From assembly GCF_964194155.1 (NCBI RefSeq), contig NC_135900.1, positions 12,710,001 through 12,774,000 of the forward strand: DNA of 64,000 bases, written 5' to 3'. The stretch is from Cetorhinus maximus (lineage: Eukaryota). Made by a program: the position numbers and the translations under genes. Below, piece after piece: positions 1 through 11,868 of the stretch; the first letter of the stretch is position 1, and each line of letters starts with the position of its first letter. The notes under the pieces were generated by a model, which worked only from the letters and a program-made list of their open reading frames with translations, was not told the DNA's origin and made no database searches.

Positions 1-523
1 ACAGTAACGTCAATGAATCCCTCACGGCATGTATCCCTCGCTGGGTGTGACAGCAGAGGTTGCCCATGCCCAGTTCATCTTGAGAGGGCTGAGCTAGGAT
101 GTGTTCTAGGATGCATCCGTATCATGTGTGACACTGACACCCAGGGCATAGAATGGGGGTGAAAGTTAAGGGTCTGCACCTAGGCAGAGTGCTGGAACTG
201 CGAAGCATGTCGGAGTCAGGGTGCTAACATGCTGGGAGGGGAGCTTCCAGTTGGCGGGGCACCAATCCATCTTCTGGTGTTTGCACTCCATGTGCTTGTG
301 CCTCCTTGCTCAGCAAAGTGATACCTTGTGGTACCACATGTGAAGGAGGCAGCATTGGGGCAATGGGGTGGAGTCAGCCCTGGCTTGTTTGGGTGAGTGT
401 GCAGCAGCTGCGGGGTAATGAAGAACTGGAGTCCTGCAATGTCCCACTCTGGCTGGGGTGGCAGGGATGTGATGGGAATTCAGGTACGGGCTGGACTAAT
501 CAATGCTCTTCTCTCCTTTTCAG

Positions 524-1841
524 GAAAAGACTGCGCACAATGCGTCAGAACAAATGCGGACTGGCGGAGGGCAGGCCCAGTTGGCCATCCTAATGGCTTT
601 CGAGCAGCACGCCATGGATCTTGAGAGGCGCCATGCCCCCAGGTCCACCAGTGGCGGTGAGGCTGGGGTGCCACAGGGAAGTATGTTTGGCAAGCACTCA
701 GGTCACCATGTGTGTCCCAGAAGCCATGGCACTGCTGGATGCTCAGTGATTGAAGTTAGCAACATGGGTTGACCATTGATTATGGAAGGATGAGCGCATA
801 ATGATCCGGGGGAGCGGCATGCACGTTGACATTGTCTGCACTGTAACTAATCAAATGTCCTTTTTCTTCCTTTCAGCATCACCGGAGCAGGGCCGGGAGG
901 AGGAGGCAGAGGGCCCACCTCTCACCCCTAAAGCCCCCGAGCAAATGCACTCACCAGCGTCACACCATCCCAGCCAGGCAGGCACCAGCGCAGATACTAG
1001 CACCTCGGTGGGAATTAGATCTTTGGCTAGTGTCCTGGGGCACGGCGGTGAGAGCAATTCACACTCTCTTGAGGTGCGGGCAGAGACAGAGAGTGTCCAG
1101 GGTGCTGGCAGTCGGAGGACTGTTGGGGACCAGGTATTTGCTTGTTCGGTGGCTGATGATGCACCTCTGGAGTTGTCCGTTAGGCAGCGAACACTGGAAG
1201 TGCAGCAGGGAATGCGGGACGATCTGGTGGAGATACATGAGGCTATGTGTGGCATGGTGCCCGTGCTGGAGGAGTCCACGCAGAGCATCACCGATGCAAT
1301 GAGCCTCATGGCTGAGCCATACTTCCTCCATGGAGAGAGTAGTGACTCTCATGGAGAGGCACCTCCAGGAGAACAATCAGGTCCTCCTGGGGATGCGCTT
1401 GGACCTGCAAGCCTTCACTGCAACATTGGCCACAGCTGGTCAGTGCCAGTGTGGGAGATAGTTTGGGCACCAAGTATCCCAGCTCGGTGCCCATCCATCT
1501 ATGGTGAACAGGGAAGTCCGAAGCAACCTCACATCAGTTCAGCAGCTGCCTGTCATCTCTGCGGGCTCCTCTCAGGAAGCTCCGGATGAGGGCAGCAGCT
1601 ACTCCGCCCCTCTGCCAGTGTCCGTGGCATCTGATGAGGCTGCGGCAACTGGGGAGAAGCCAGCTGTGGAACTGGCCGCTCCCTCCCAGGCAGGGCCATC
1701 AAATGCTCTCCGTGGGCCAGAGGACGTCTGCCAAGGTCATCGAGGCCAACAGGACAGCACAGTGAGCAGGCTATCTCAGATACCAGTGCCAACGAGGAGA
1801 CAGCACCTAGCACCCGTAAGTGTAAATTTAAGGCACCTTAG
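524..1841 (+). pseudogene. Harbinger accessory Myb/SANT-like DNA-binding gene (internal and last exons), degenerate
   Basis: Exon 524-680 (CTAAT, pyrimidine tract, CAG acceptor; GTATGT donor) encodes EKTAHNASEQMRTGGG, resembling the post-Myb TGGG motif of Harbinger accessory proteins. It splices in phase 1 to an acceptor at 877. A frameshift near 1320 and a stop near 1460 follow. Confidence 0.65.
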
Positions 1842-2166
1842 GCACACCACGCATTTCTCATTGGTGCTTTCATGTTGGCCCATAGTACTTAGTCGAAGAT
1901 TCGGCGTGATGTCCAACACCGTTTTTGTTTTGCTTTATGCATTTATTTTTGTTTGCTGAATACATTTTGACATGTTGCCATGCCTCAGGGTGATTCCTTA
2001 CTTATGCATGTGCATAGGAAGCCATGATATTATGAGTGAGTTGTTTGACATTGAGCTTTATTGACAAGGGCCTTAGGTAATGTTATTATCCAGGCTGATT
2101 TAGCACTCAGGTATCAAGTTGGGAGCCTACAGCAGTGGCGTGTGTTGAAGGTCCATCTGTGGTGTG

Positions 2167-3400
2167 CTAGCTGAAGATTCTTTGGAATAAAGCCTCCCGG
2201 GTGTTCCTGCCTCCTTGGTGTAGTCCCAGATCAGCGTCTACCCCCTCAGCATTTCCCTGTGCGTGCTCATCCTTGGACTCACTGCTGGACTCACCGTGTG
2301 CAGCCGCAGACACTGCGTCTACATCTTCATTGTCCACAGCGACCCCCTTTCCAGCGCCAGATTGTGGAGAGCGCAGCATGCAACCACTATCAGCGACACA
2401 CGATCTGGGGGGTATTGGGGTGTGCCCCCTGAGCAGTCCAGGCATCGGAAGCGCATCTTGAGAAGGCCGATGGTTCTCTCCACCACAGCCCTTGTGGAGC
2501 CGTGGCTCCTATTGTACCGCTGCTCAGCTTCTGTTCTTGGATGGCGGAGAGGCGTCATGAGCCACCTTCTGAGGGGGTAGCCGTTGTCACCCAGCAGCCA
2601 TCCATCCAGCCGGGCTGGAGCACTGAAGAGCCTTGGCACCTGGGAGTGTCTGAGGATGTAGGTGTCATGGGAGCTGCCTGGGTACCTTGCACAGACTTGT
2701 AGAATCAGCATCCTGTGATCACACACTATCTGCACGTTCATGGAGTGGAAGCCCTTCCTGTTGATGAAGGCACCGGCTCACCTGCTGGCGCCTTGATGCC
2801 CACATGTGTACAGTCTATTGCACCCTGGACACAGAGGAAGCCAGCAATGGCCACGAAGCCTCTGGCTCGCTGTGTTTGGCTGGCCTCGTCCCAGCGGTAG
2901 TGGATGAAAGTCAATGCACACCTGAATAGAGCGTCTGTTACCTGCTTGACACAAGTATAGACAGCTGATTGGGAGACACTGCAAAGATCACCCACTGACC
3001 CCTGGAAAGAGCCAGAGGCATAGAAGTTGAGGGCAGCTGTGAACTTTAGAGCCACTGGCATGGGGTGTCCACCCACACAATTTGTGGAGGTCTCAGGGCC
3101 TATCATCTGACAGATGGGGATGACTGTCTCCCTTGAGAGACAGGTCATCCTTTGGCACTGGATCTCAGACATATTGAGGTTGCTGCTTCACCACCTGTAT
3201 ACCCTGGCAGCGGGATAGTGGCGTCTTCTGCGGCCCCTTCCGTCTGGGACTTCCTGTTGACCCTGCCCCCCCTTGTGCCTGCGCCTCTCCTCCCAAAGGT
3301 GGTTCCCCATGAGGCTGAATGTGGACTCCTGGCCTTCTCCCACTTCTGGCCCTCCCTTCCTCCTCAGCGGAGGTGCCTCCAGTGGAGAGCACGACATCCA
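2167..3400 (-). pseudogene. Harbinger (HARBI1-like, DDE_Tnp_4) transposase, frameshifted
   Basis: ORF pieces carry [61 protein letters not shown] and ACCALHN. D-D-E residues are present but split over frames (2738-3172, 2319-2741, 2167-2445). Confidence 0.92.
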
Positions 3401-4513
3401 TTCCCAGGCTAAGGGAAGGCCTCCTGAAAGCTGCAGGCCCCAGAAATGATGTTTACTCCAGAGTCCTGACCAAGGCTTTTACTCCTGTCCTAGCAACTGG
3501 TATGAGTTTTGAAGTCTTCCTGCTCACTCAGGCAAGGTTAAGTTACTTTCACACTTAAACACCTCAAACATCACATTCGCGACCCCACTCACCCCTCTTA
3601 TCCCGCCCGTGGATGAGGTTTATACAAATGTCTCCTACCCGCCTGCCCGTTGTGCCCATGCGCCATCCCGAAGATCGCACAGGATGCGAAAAGTTGAGAT
3701 CAATTGCTGCCTCAAGGGCTTTAACCGGCCCGTTAATTGATGGCGCGCGCGCATCCAAACTTATAGCGCGCCCGCATTCCCAAATATCACGATGGCGCCC
3801 GGTGACATTGGGACGCTCACCTGACGTCACCATGCGTCATTTTACCGGGTCCGCCCCCGCACGCCAACGGGAAAATTCTGGCCTATGTGTCTCTTTCAAA
3901 GTAGTATCCGTTTACAATTCCAGTGCATGTGAGTTCATAATTATTATTTGACCATATTGCCCTCTTTATTTTCAAACATGACTCGTTGTTCATTTCAGCA
4001 ATCACCAGGGGTTGGAGAATCCACTGATGGGCAAGAGTTGCTTGCAAATATTCGGCGATTTCCTACAACAGAGGGGTTCGAAATCTGCTGCTGGCAAGAC
4101 CTGTGACTGGTGCTCTCCGTGGTTGGTCAAATGGCACCTTATACACGCAGAGGATTCTGCACTGGCAGATGAGTTGGCAGGTCTCTTAGGTGACGTAGGT
4201 GCTTGTCCTGTGGCAACCCTCTCAACATGGCAGAGTTTTGAAGAGCAGGTGTGCAACATCTGCAGGCGCAACACATTCAGGCCATGTTCATCTGATCTGA
4301 CAACATCTAGGTCCATGCTGATAGCAGCCATTTGCATAACATCACACGATTGAGCTGTGCACAGTTGGGTTTCAGGGCAATGGCTCAGCTATGCAAATAA
4401 AAAGGACTGTGTGCTTTTAAACACAGGAGAAATGCATATCAGAATGGCTATGTTGCAGTGAAGCTGCCGGAATAGAAAGCAACTCAAGACTCCAGAAAGT
4501 ATAGGAGATACCC

Positions 4514-5105
4514 CTGTGGCTACAAGAGCAGGTCAGAGGCTAGGGATCCTGCGGCGAGTAACTCACCTCCTGACTCCCCAAAGCCCGTCTACCATCTACA
4601 AGGAGTGTGATGAAATACTCCCCACTTGCCTGGATGAGTGCAACTCCAACAACACTCAAGAAGCTTGACACCATCCAGGACAAAGCAGATCGTTTGATTG
4701 GCACCCCATCCACAAATATTCACTCCCTCTACCACCCACAGTGGCAGCAGAGTGTAGAAGATGCACTACAGGAACTCACCATAGTTCCTTAGACAGCACC
4801 TTCCACACCCACGACTGCTACCATTTAGAAGGACAAGGGAAGCAGATAGATGGAAACACTACCACCTGGAAGTTCTCCTCCAAGCCACTCACCAAAATGA
4901 CTTGGAAATATATCGCCATTCCTTCACTGTCGCTGGGTTAAAATCCTGGAACTCCCTCCCTAATAGCACTGTGGGTGTACCTACACCACATGGACTGCAG
5001 CAGTTCAAGAAGGGAGTTCACCACCATCTTCTCAAGGGCAATTAGAGATGGGTAATAAATGCTGGCCTAGCCAGTGGCGCCCACATCCTATGAATGAATT
5101 TTTTA
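4514..5105 (+). mobile_element. LINE family A (L2/CR1 group), 3' fragment
   Basis: Encodes MKYSPLAWMSATPTTLKKLDTIQDKA. Ends in the family tail GCTGGCCTAGCCAG...CCCACATCC(TGAA)n seen in many copies in this window. Confidence 0.8.
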
Positions 5106-6009
5106 AAAATTCTAGCCAGTAGGGCTATCACAACAGTCAGCTGTCTGGCCATGTGGAGGAGGAGGGCACTAAGGACACAGTGTCACCAAAGCAACTGTTA
5201 CTGGGCTCGTGGTCAAAGAAGATGTACAGGTTGGTCAGTCAATCTGCAAAGTGGCATTAACTTCACCACTCGTCTCATTTTTAACTCAGGGGGACTCCAA
5301 ATACCTGCATGTCACACCTCAGGAATCAGCCAGTTTGCCAATTCGACAAGGGCCGCTTAGTTTTCTGAACAAAAGAATCAGAGGCTAAAAGGCAAAGTAA
5401 GTATAAATCCATGTTCTTGAATTTTAAAGTGACACATCCACTGTGTGTTGCTGTTGTGTTCACCCCTTGTGTGCTGTGATCCTTTCTGTGCCAGTTGTAT
5501 ATGTGAAATCTTGTGGGTAATTTCTTCTTTGGGGGTCATTTGGTAAATCTGGTTATTTTGGTTTAATTTCTTCACAGGGATCATAACAGTGTGCCTTATA
5601 AAAAAAGAATTCCCCTAAATATAATAGTAGTGACTTTTACAAGTCACTCCAGGCCCAGCTAAGGGTTCCGTGCTCAGGGCTACGAGTCATGGCCAATGGC
5701 GGAACCAGTGAATTTTCGATGGTGATGCTGGAAGAGCTAGAACCGCAAGGGATAACCGCTGCTGACAGCGGAGGATCCTTCAGGACAAGGACCTGTGTTT
5801 CCTTTAAGCACACGAGGAAGGCAACAGAAAACCACCTCAGGTATCGTTTTCCGGAGCCAAATTGCTCACTGAGATTGAAAACGGAAGGCTACCAGCAACT
5901 GCAGAGGAAAGCGGAAGACATTGAGGCATGGAGAAATGGGCAGAGGACCTGCCCTTAAGCAGATCACCACTATACTACGACACTGCCGTCGTGCTACACG
6001 GCAGCTGCA

Positions 6010-6170
6010 TTTATTTTATTCATGGGATGTGAGCATCGCTGGCAAGACCAACTTTGAAATTGGTCATTTGAAATTCCCCTTGAGAAGGCTGTCTTCATGA
6101 ACCGATGTGGTCTATGTTCTGGAGGTACACCCACGGTGCTGTTAGGGAGGGAGTTCCAGCTTGTTGAACC
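6010..6170 (-). mobile_element. LINE family A 3' tail fragment
   Basis: Reverse complement of the family A tail (ATTCATGGGATGTG...GTTAGGGAGGGAGTTCCAG). Confidence 0.7.
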
Positions 6171-6579
6171 GGATAGTGTGGTAGTGCTGGTAGCCAGCTG
6201 TGTGTTTTTGTAATACCCAAATAGCAAGCTGTAAAATCTATTAATAACCCTGATTTACCCGGATCGGTAATCAGGCTGTTTTTATTACCCGGAGTCACTG
6301 TGAGCCCATTGTTTCCATAGGCACTTGAATGTGTTGGGCTCTGTGATGGTGCAGACCAGTTGCCGATGTGAGTAACAACTGGCTACACCTTATTACTCCA
6401 TATCTACCACTCTGTTTAATGACAGAAGAATAGACTCTATGAAGTCCCCCTGACATCCTCCCCTCACAACTGGTCAACTTTCAATGGCCAATATGTCATG
6501 CCTGATGCACACGTCTGGAGCACTGCACCAAGTCCCTCTTATTCCCACTTCCATCTCTAGCTAATTCCTGCTATTCCCT

Positions 6580-7810
6580 TTTCCTGCACTCCTTAGTCCC
6601 TCACATTATTTCACCTTCCCCTCTCTTCATTCTACAACCCCTTCCACTAATTCCTCCTCCCTTAACTCCTCCTCACCCTCAATCTCCTTCCTCATTCTCC
6701 CTTTCCTCACCTCCCCATTTCTCATTGTCCTTCCACACTCCCTTTTTCCTCACTCCCCTCACCTCCCCTCTACTCATCTCTCACCCTCCCATTCCTCACC
6801 CTTCATCCCACTTCCTCTCCAATCATTCCCCTGTTCATCTCCTATCTTCAACCCCTCTCATCATCCCATCCTTCCCTCCTCCCCTATCGTCATCCCATCC
6901 CTTCCCTGAACCCTCATCTCCCTCCCCTCAGCCCCATCCAATAACCATGTCTCTCATTCCCTACTCTCAACCCTCATGCCCCAAATCTCTACTCTTCCCC
7001 TCCCCTCTTCTGCCCTCATAATTCCCTCCTCATTCACCATCCTGCCCTTCCCTCATCCCCCATCCCTCCCCTCCCCATCCCTCCTCTTCCACGTCACCCC
7101 TTTCCCTCCCCTCCCTCATCTTCCACATTCCCCCCCTTGCCATCATTTCCTCTCCCCCTCATTCCCCTCCCCTTGTCCACTTCCCTCCCCTCCCTCATCC
7201 CCTCCCTTATACTTTCCCCATCCCCACAGATCCTCATCCCTTGCCCATTATGCATCGCCCATCTCCCTCCCTCCCTCCTCCTCCGAATCCCCTTCCCCAA
7301 CCCCTTCCTCATAACCCCCCCTCTCCCTCCCTTCATTCCTCATTTTTCCCTCTCCCAACCCCCTCCTGCTTACCCATCCCTCCCTCTCTCACCGCCCTTC
7401 CTTCCCCTCCCTCATCCCCCTCCCTCCTTGCCTCATCCCATCCCTCATCCCCCTTCCTATCCCTCCCTCCCCCTTCTTTCACTCATATCCCCTCCTTCCT
7501 TTATACCCCCTCCCTCCTTCCCTAACCCCCTCGCTCATCCCCTAACCACTCCCCCTCGCTCACTCCCTCATCAAACCCTCCCTCTCTCACTCATCCCTGC
7601 CTTCCTCTCTCCCGCACATCTCCCCTCTCCCTCCCACATTCCCCCTCACTCATTCTCTCTCTCATCTCCCCTCTATCCCTCATCCCCCTCCCACATCCTC
7701 TGTCTCCCTCATCCCCCTCCCACATCCCCTGTCTCCCTCATCCCACTCCCACATTCCCTGTCTCCCTCATCCCTGCTTATCCCCATCCAATCTTACCGCC
7801 TCACCCCTCC
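6580..7810. repeat. Degenerate polypyrimidine (C/T-rich) low-complexity tract
   Basis: Almost G-free + strand built from CCCTCAT/CCCTCC-like words. Confidence 0.9.
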
Positions 7811-7814
7811 CCAT

Positions 7815-8160
7815 CGCCTTTTACCCCCCTCACCGCCCACCCCCTTTTACCCCGTCCTCTTTTACCCCATTCGCTTTTACCCCCTCGTCCCCTTTTACCC
7901 CCCGTCCCCTTTTACCCCCCCGTCCCCTTTTACCCCCTCGTCCCCTTTTACCCCTCCCCGTGCTCTTTTACACCTCCCCGTCCTCTTTTACCCCCCCTCA
8001 TCCCCTTTTACCCCCCTGTCCCCTTTTACCCCCCACCGCCCGTCCCCTTTTACCCCCCGTCCCCTTTTACCCCCCTGTCCCCTTTTACCCCCCACCCCAT
8101 CCCCTTTTACCCCCCACCCCCCCGTCCCCTTTTATCCCCCCTCTGTCCCCTTTTACCCCC
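7815..8160. repeat. Minisatellite zone 1, unit ~GTCCCCTTTTACCCCCC
   Basis: Repeated CCCCTTTTACCCC words with a ~17-22 bp period. Confidence 0.93.
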
Positions 8161-8164
8161 ACCC

Positions 8165-11100
8165 GCCCTCTGTACCCCAAATCGCCCCCACCCCCCCCTC
8201 TGTCCCCCAAATCGCCACCACCCCCACTCTGTCCCCCAAATCGCCTCCACCCCCCTGTCCCCCAAATCACCCCCACCCCCCTCTGTCCCCAAATCACCCC
8301 CACCCCCCCTCTGTCCCCCAAATCACCCCCACCCCCTCCCCTGTCCCCCAAATCACCGCCACCCCCCTCTGTCCCCCAAATCACCCCCCGTCCCCCAAAT
8401 CACCCCCCATCCCCCAAATCACCCCCCCTGTCCCCCAAATCACCCCCTGTCCCCCAAATCACCCCCCTCTGTCCCCCAAATCACCCCCCCTCTGTCCCCC
8501 AAATCACCCCCCCATCCCCCAAATCAACCCCCCTATCCCCCAAATCACCCCCACCGTCCCCCAAATCACCCACCCTGTCCCCCAAATCACCCCCCCGTCC
8601 CCCAAATCACCCCCCCTCTGTCCCCCAAATCACCCCCCCTCTGTCCCCCAAATCACCCCCCTCTGTCCCCAAAATCACCCCCCACCCCCCTCTGTCCCCC
8701 AAATCACCCCCCACCCCCCCTCTGTCCCCCAAATCACCCCCACCCCCCCTCTGTCCCCCAAATCACCCCCACCCCCCTCTGTCCCCCAAATCACCCCCCA
8801 CCCCCCTCTGTGCCCCAAATCACCCCCACCCCCCTCTGTCACCCAAATCACCCCCACCCCCCCCCGTCCCCCAAATCACCCCCAACCCCCCTCTGTCCCC
8901 CAAATCAACCCAACCCCCCTCTGTCCCCCAATTCACTCCAACCCCACCCCCCTCTGTCCCCCAAATCACCCCCCTCTGTCCCCCAAATCACCACCCCTCT
9001 GTCCCCCAAATCACCACCCCTCTGTCCCCCAAATCACCCCCACCCCCCCTCTGTCCCCCAAATCACCCCCACCCCCCTCTGTCCCCCAAATCACCCCCAC
9101 CCCCCTCTGTCCCCCAAATCACCCCCACCCCCCTCTGTTCCCCAAATCACCCCTACCCCCTTTGTCCCCCAAATCACCCCCTCTGTCCCCCAAATCACCC
9201 CCAACCCCCCTCTGTCCCCCAAATCACCCCCCTCTGTCCCCCAAATCAACCCCACTGTCCCCCAAATCACCCCCCCTGTTCCCCAAATCACCTCCCCTCT
9301 GTCCCCCAAATCACCCCCACCACCCCCCTCTGTCCCCCAAAACTCCCCACCCCCGCCCTCTGTCCCCCAAATCACCCCCACCCCCCCGTCCCCCAAATCA
9401 CCCCCATCCCCCCGTCCCCCAAATCACCCCCACCCCCCCGTCCCCCAAATCATCCCCCTGTCCCCCAAATCACCCCCACCCTCCCCTGTCCCCCAAATCA
9501 CCTCCACCCCCCCTCTATCCCCCAAATCACCCCCACCCCCCCCTCTGTCCCCCAAATCACCCCCACCCCCCGTCCCCCAAATCACCCCCACCCCCCCCTG
9601 TCCCCCAAATCACCCCCACCCCCCCTCTGTCCCCCAAATCACCCCCACCCCCCCCTCTGTCCCCCAAATCACCCCCACCCCTCCTCTGTCCCCCAAATCA
9701 CCCCCACCCCCCTCTGTCCCCCAAATCACCCCCCGTCCCCCAAATCACCCCCCCTGTCTCCCAAATCACCTCCCCTGTCCCCCAAATCACCCCCCGTCCC
9801 CCAAATCACCCCCCGTCCCCCAAATCACCCCCCCGTCCCCCAAATCACCCCCCCGTCCCCCAAATCACCACCCCCCCGTCCCCCAAATCACCCCCCTCTG
9901 TCCCCCAAATCACCCCCACCCCCCTCTGTCCCCCAAATCACCCCCACCCCCCTCTGTCCCCCAAATCACCCCCCCCCGTCCCCCAAATCACCTCCACCCC
10001 CCTCTGTCCCCCAAATCACCCCCACCCCCCTCTGTCCCCCAAATCACCCCCACCCCCCCTCTGTCCCCCAAATCACCCCCACCCCCCCTCTGTCCCCCAA
10101 ATCACCCCTCCCTCTGTCCCCCAAATCACCCCCCCGTCCCCCAAATCACCCCCCCGTCCCCCAAATCACCACCCCCCCGTCCCCCAAATCACCCCCCCTC
10201 TGTCCCCCAAATCACCCCCCCTCTGTCCCCCAAATCACCCCCACCCCCCTCTGTCCCCCAAATCACCCCCACCCCCCTCTGTCCCCCAAATCACCCCCAC
10301 CCCCCTCTGTCCCCCAAATCACCCCCCCCCGTCCCCCAAATCACCTCCACCCCCCTCTGTCCCCCAAATCACCCCCACCCCCCTCTGTCCCCCAAATCAC
10401 CCCCACCCCCCCTCTGTCCCCCAAATCACCCCCACCCCCCCTCTGTCCCCCAAATCACCCCTCCCTCTGTCCCCCAAATCACCCCCCCGTCCCCCAAATC
10501 ACCCCCCCGTCCCCCAAATCACCACCCCCCCGTCCCCCAAATCACCCCCCCTCTGTCCCCCAAATCACCCCCCCTCTGTCCCCCAAATCACCCCCACCCC
10601 CCTCTGTCCCCCAAATCACCCCCACCCCCCTCTGTCCCCCAAATCACCCCCACCCCCCTCTGTCCCCCAAATCACCCCCACCCCCCTCTGTCCCCCAAAT
10701 AACCCCCCCCTCTGTCCCCCAAATCACCTCCACCCCCCTCTGTCCCCCAAATCACCCCCACCCCCCTCTGTCCCCCAAATCACCCCCACCCCACCTCTGT
10801 CCCCCAAATCACCCCCCCCCCTCTGTCCCCCAAATCACCCCCCCTCTGTCCCCCAAATCACCCCCCCTCTGTCCCCCAAATCACACCCCCCTCTGTCCCC
10901 CAAATCACCCCCCCCTCTGTTCCCCCAAATCACCCCCCCTCTCTGTCCCCCAAATCACCCCCCCTCTCTGTCCCCCAAATCACCCCCCCCCGTCCCCCAA
11001 ATCACCCCCCCCCTCTGTCCCCCAAATCACCCCCTCTGTCCCCCAAATCACCCCCCCCCCTCTGTCCCCCAAATCACCCCCCCCTCTGTCCCCCAAATCA

Positions 11101-11335
11101 CCCCCTCTGTCCCCCAAATCACCCCCCCTCTCTGTCCCCCAAATCACCCCCCCTCTCTGTCCCCCAAATCACCCCCCCCCGTCCCCCAAATCACCCCCCC
11201 CTCTGTCCCCCAAATCACCCCCTCTGTCCCCCAAATCACCCCCCCCTCTGTCCCCCAAATCACCCCCCCCTCTGTCCCCCAAATCACCCCCCCCTTCTGT
11301 CCCCCAAATCACCCCCCCCCCCTCTGTCCCCCACC
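8165..11335. repeat. Minisatellite zone 2, unit ~(CTCT)GTCCCCCAAATCACCCCC(ACCCCC), ~18-30 bp
   Basis: More than 100 copies of the TCCCCCAAATCACC core with variable C runs. Confidence 0.97.
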
Positions 11336-11339
11336 CCTC

Positions 11340-11635
11340 CGAGCTGCTGCCACCAGTCGGCTCCGTCCTTCACTCTCACTCCAATAAAGCGCAGCCTCCA
11401 TCACATGACAAGCCGAGCATCATGGCTTTATTTCCGCGTTCATAAGCTCTGCTAGTCTGATTCTACCGGCTTCTCCTGTTCCTCCGCAGCTGGGGAAAGG
11501 GGGGGGTGGTAGTGGGGGGTGGGGGGGGGGTTGATTTTCTGGCTGCGTTACGGAAAAATAAGAGAGAGAGAGAGAGACAGAGAGAAGCCGGTCGAGGTGG
11601 GTTCGAGAGGTGCCTGAGACCAGCTGTGAGTTAAC
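11340..11635 (+). promoter_or_regulatory. Probable PPM1H proximal promoter / 5' UTR
   Basis: CpG-containing unique sequence directly upstream of the ATG, with a G-run tract at 11492-11530 and (GA)n at 11561-11585. The TSS cannot be determined from sequence. Confidence 0.55.
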
Positions 11636-11868
11636 ATGCTCACCCGGGTGAAATCCGCTGTTGCTAATTTCATGGGAGGCATCATGGCTGGGAACGCCGG
11701 TGCTGAACATGTCAATGGGACCGAGTTGCCGATGAAATTCCCATATAGCAGGCCGGAATTCCTGGGACTGTCTCAGGATGAGATCGAGTGTTCTGCGGAT
11801 CATATCGCCAGACCCATCCTAACACTGAGAGAGAGCAAGAGGTTGCCCTGGGGTACGGGCTATGCGGA
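11636..11868 (+). CDS. PPM1H: Protein phosphatase Mg2+/Mn2+-dependent 1H, first coding exon
   Basis: MLTRVKSAVANFMGGIMAG...FPYSRPEFLGLSQDEIECSADHIARPIL...LPWGTGYAE matches the vertebrate PPM1H N-terminus as I recall it. ATG has A at -3. The exon ends at GCGGA|GTAAGT, a consensus phase-2 donor at 11869. Paralog PPM1J is not fully excluded. Confidence 0.92.

Larger units (their letters stand above)
1..3883. mobile_element. PIF/Harbinger DNA transposon, decayed autonomous type; left end lies outside the window
   Basis: Convergent Myb/SANT-type gene (+) and DDE transposase (-). GC-rich subterminal region 3560-3883 ends in GAAAATTCTGGCC, followed by an abrupt change to AT-rich DNA. Confidence 0.85.

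Noticed and set aside
2167-3400. Host HARBI1 gene
   Set aside because: It is frameshifted and sits beside an accessory gene and a transposon terminus, so it is a TE copy rather than the domesticated gene.
8165-11335. CRISPR-like array or telomeric repeat
   Set aside because: No unique spacers and no cas genes in a vertebrate context; the unit is not TTAGGG.
7137-11445. 1416-aa, 1161-aa and 630-aa proline-rich ORFs (extensin/formin-like)
   Set aside because: All three + frames are open because the C-rich repeat unit lacks stop codons. Variable C runs shuffle frames, giving the same peptides in every frame, so this is not a gene signal.
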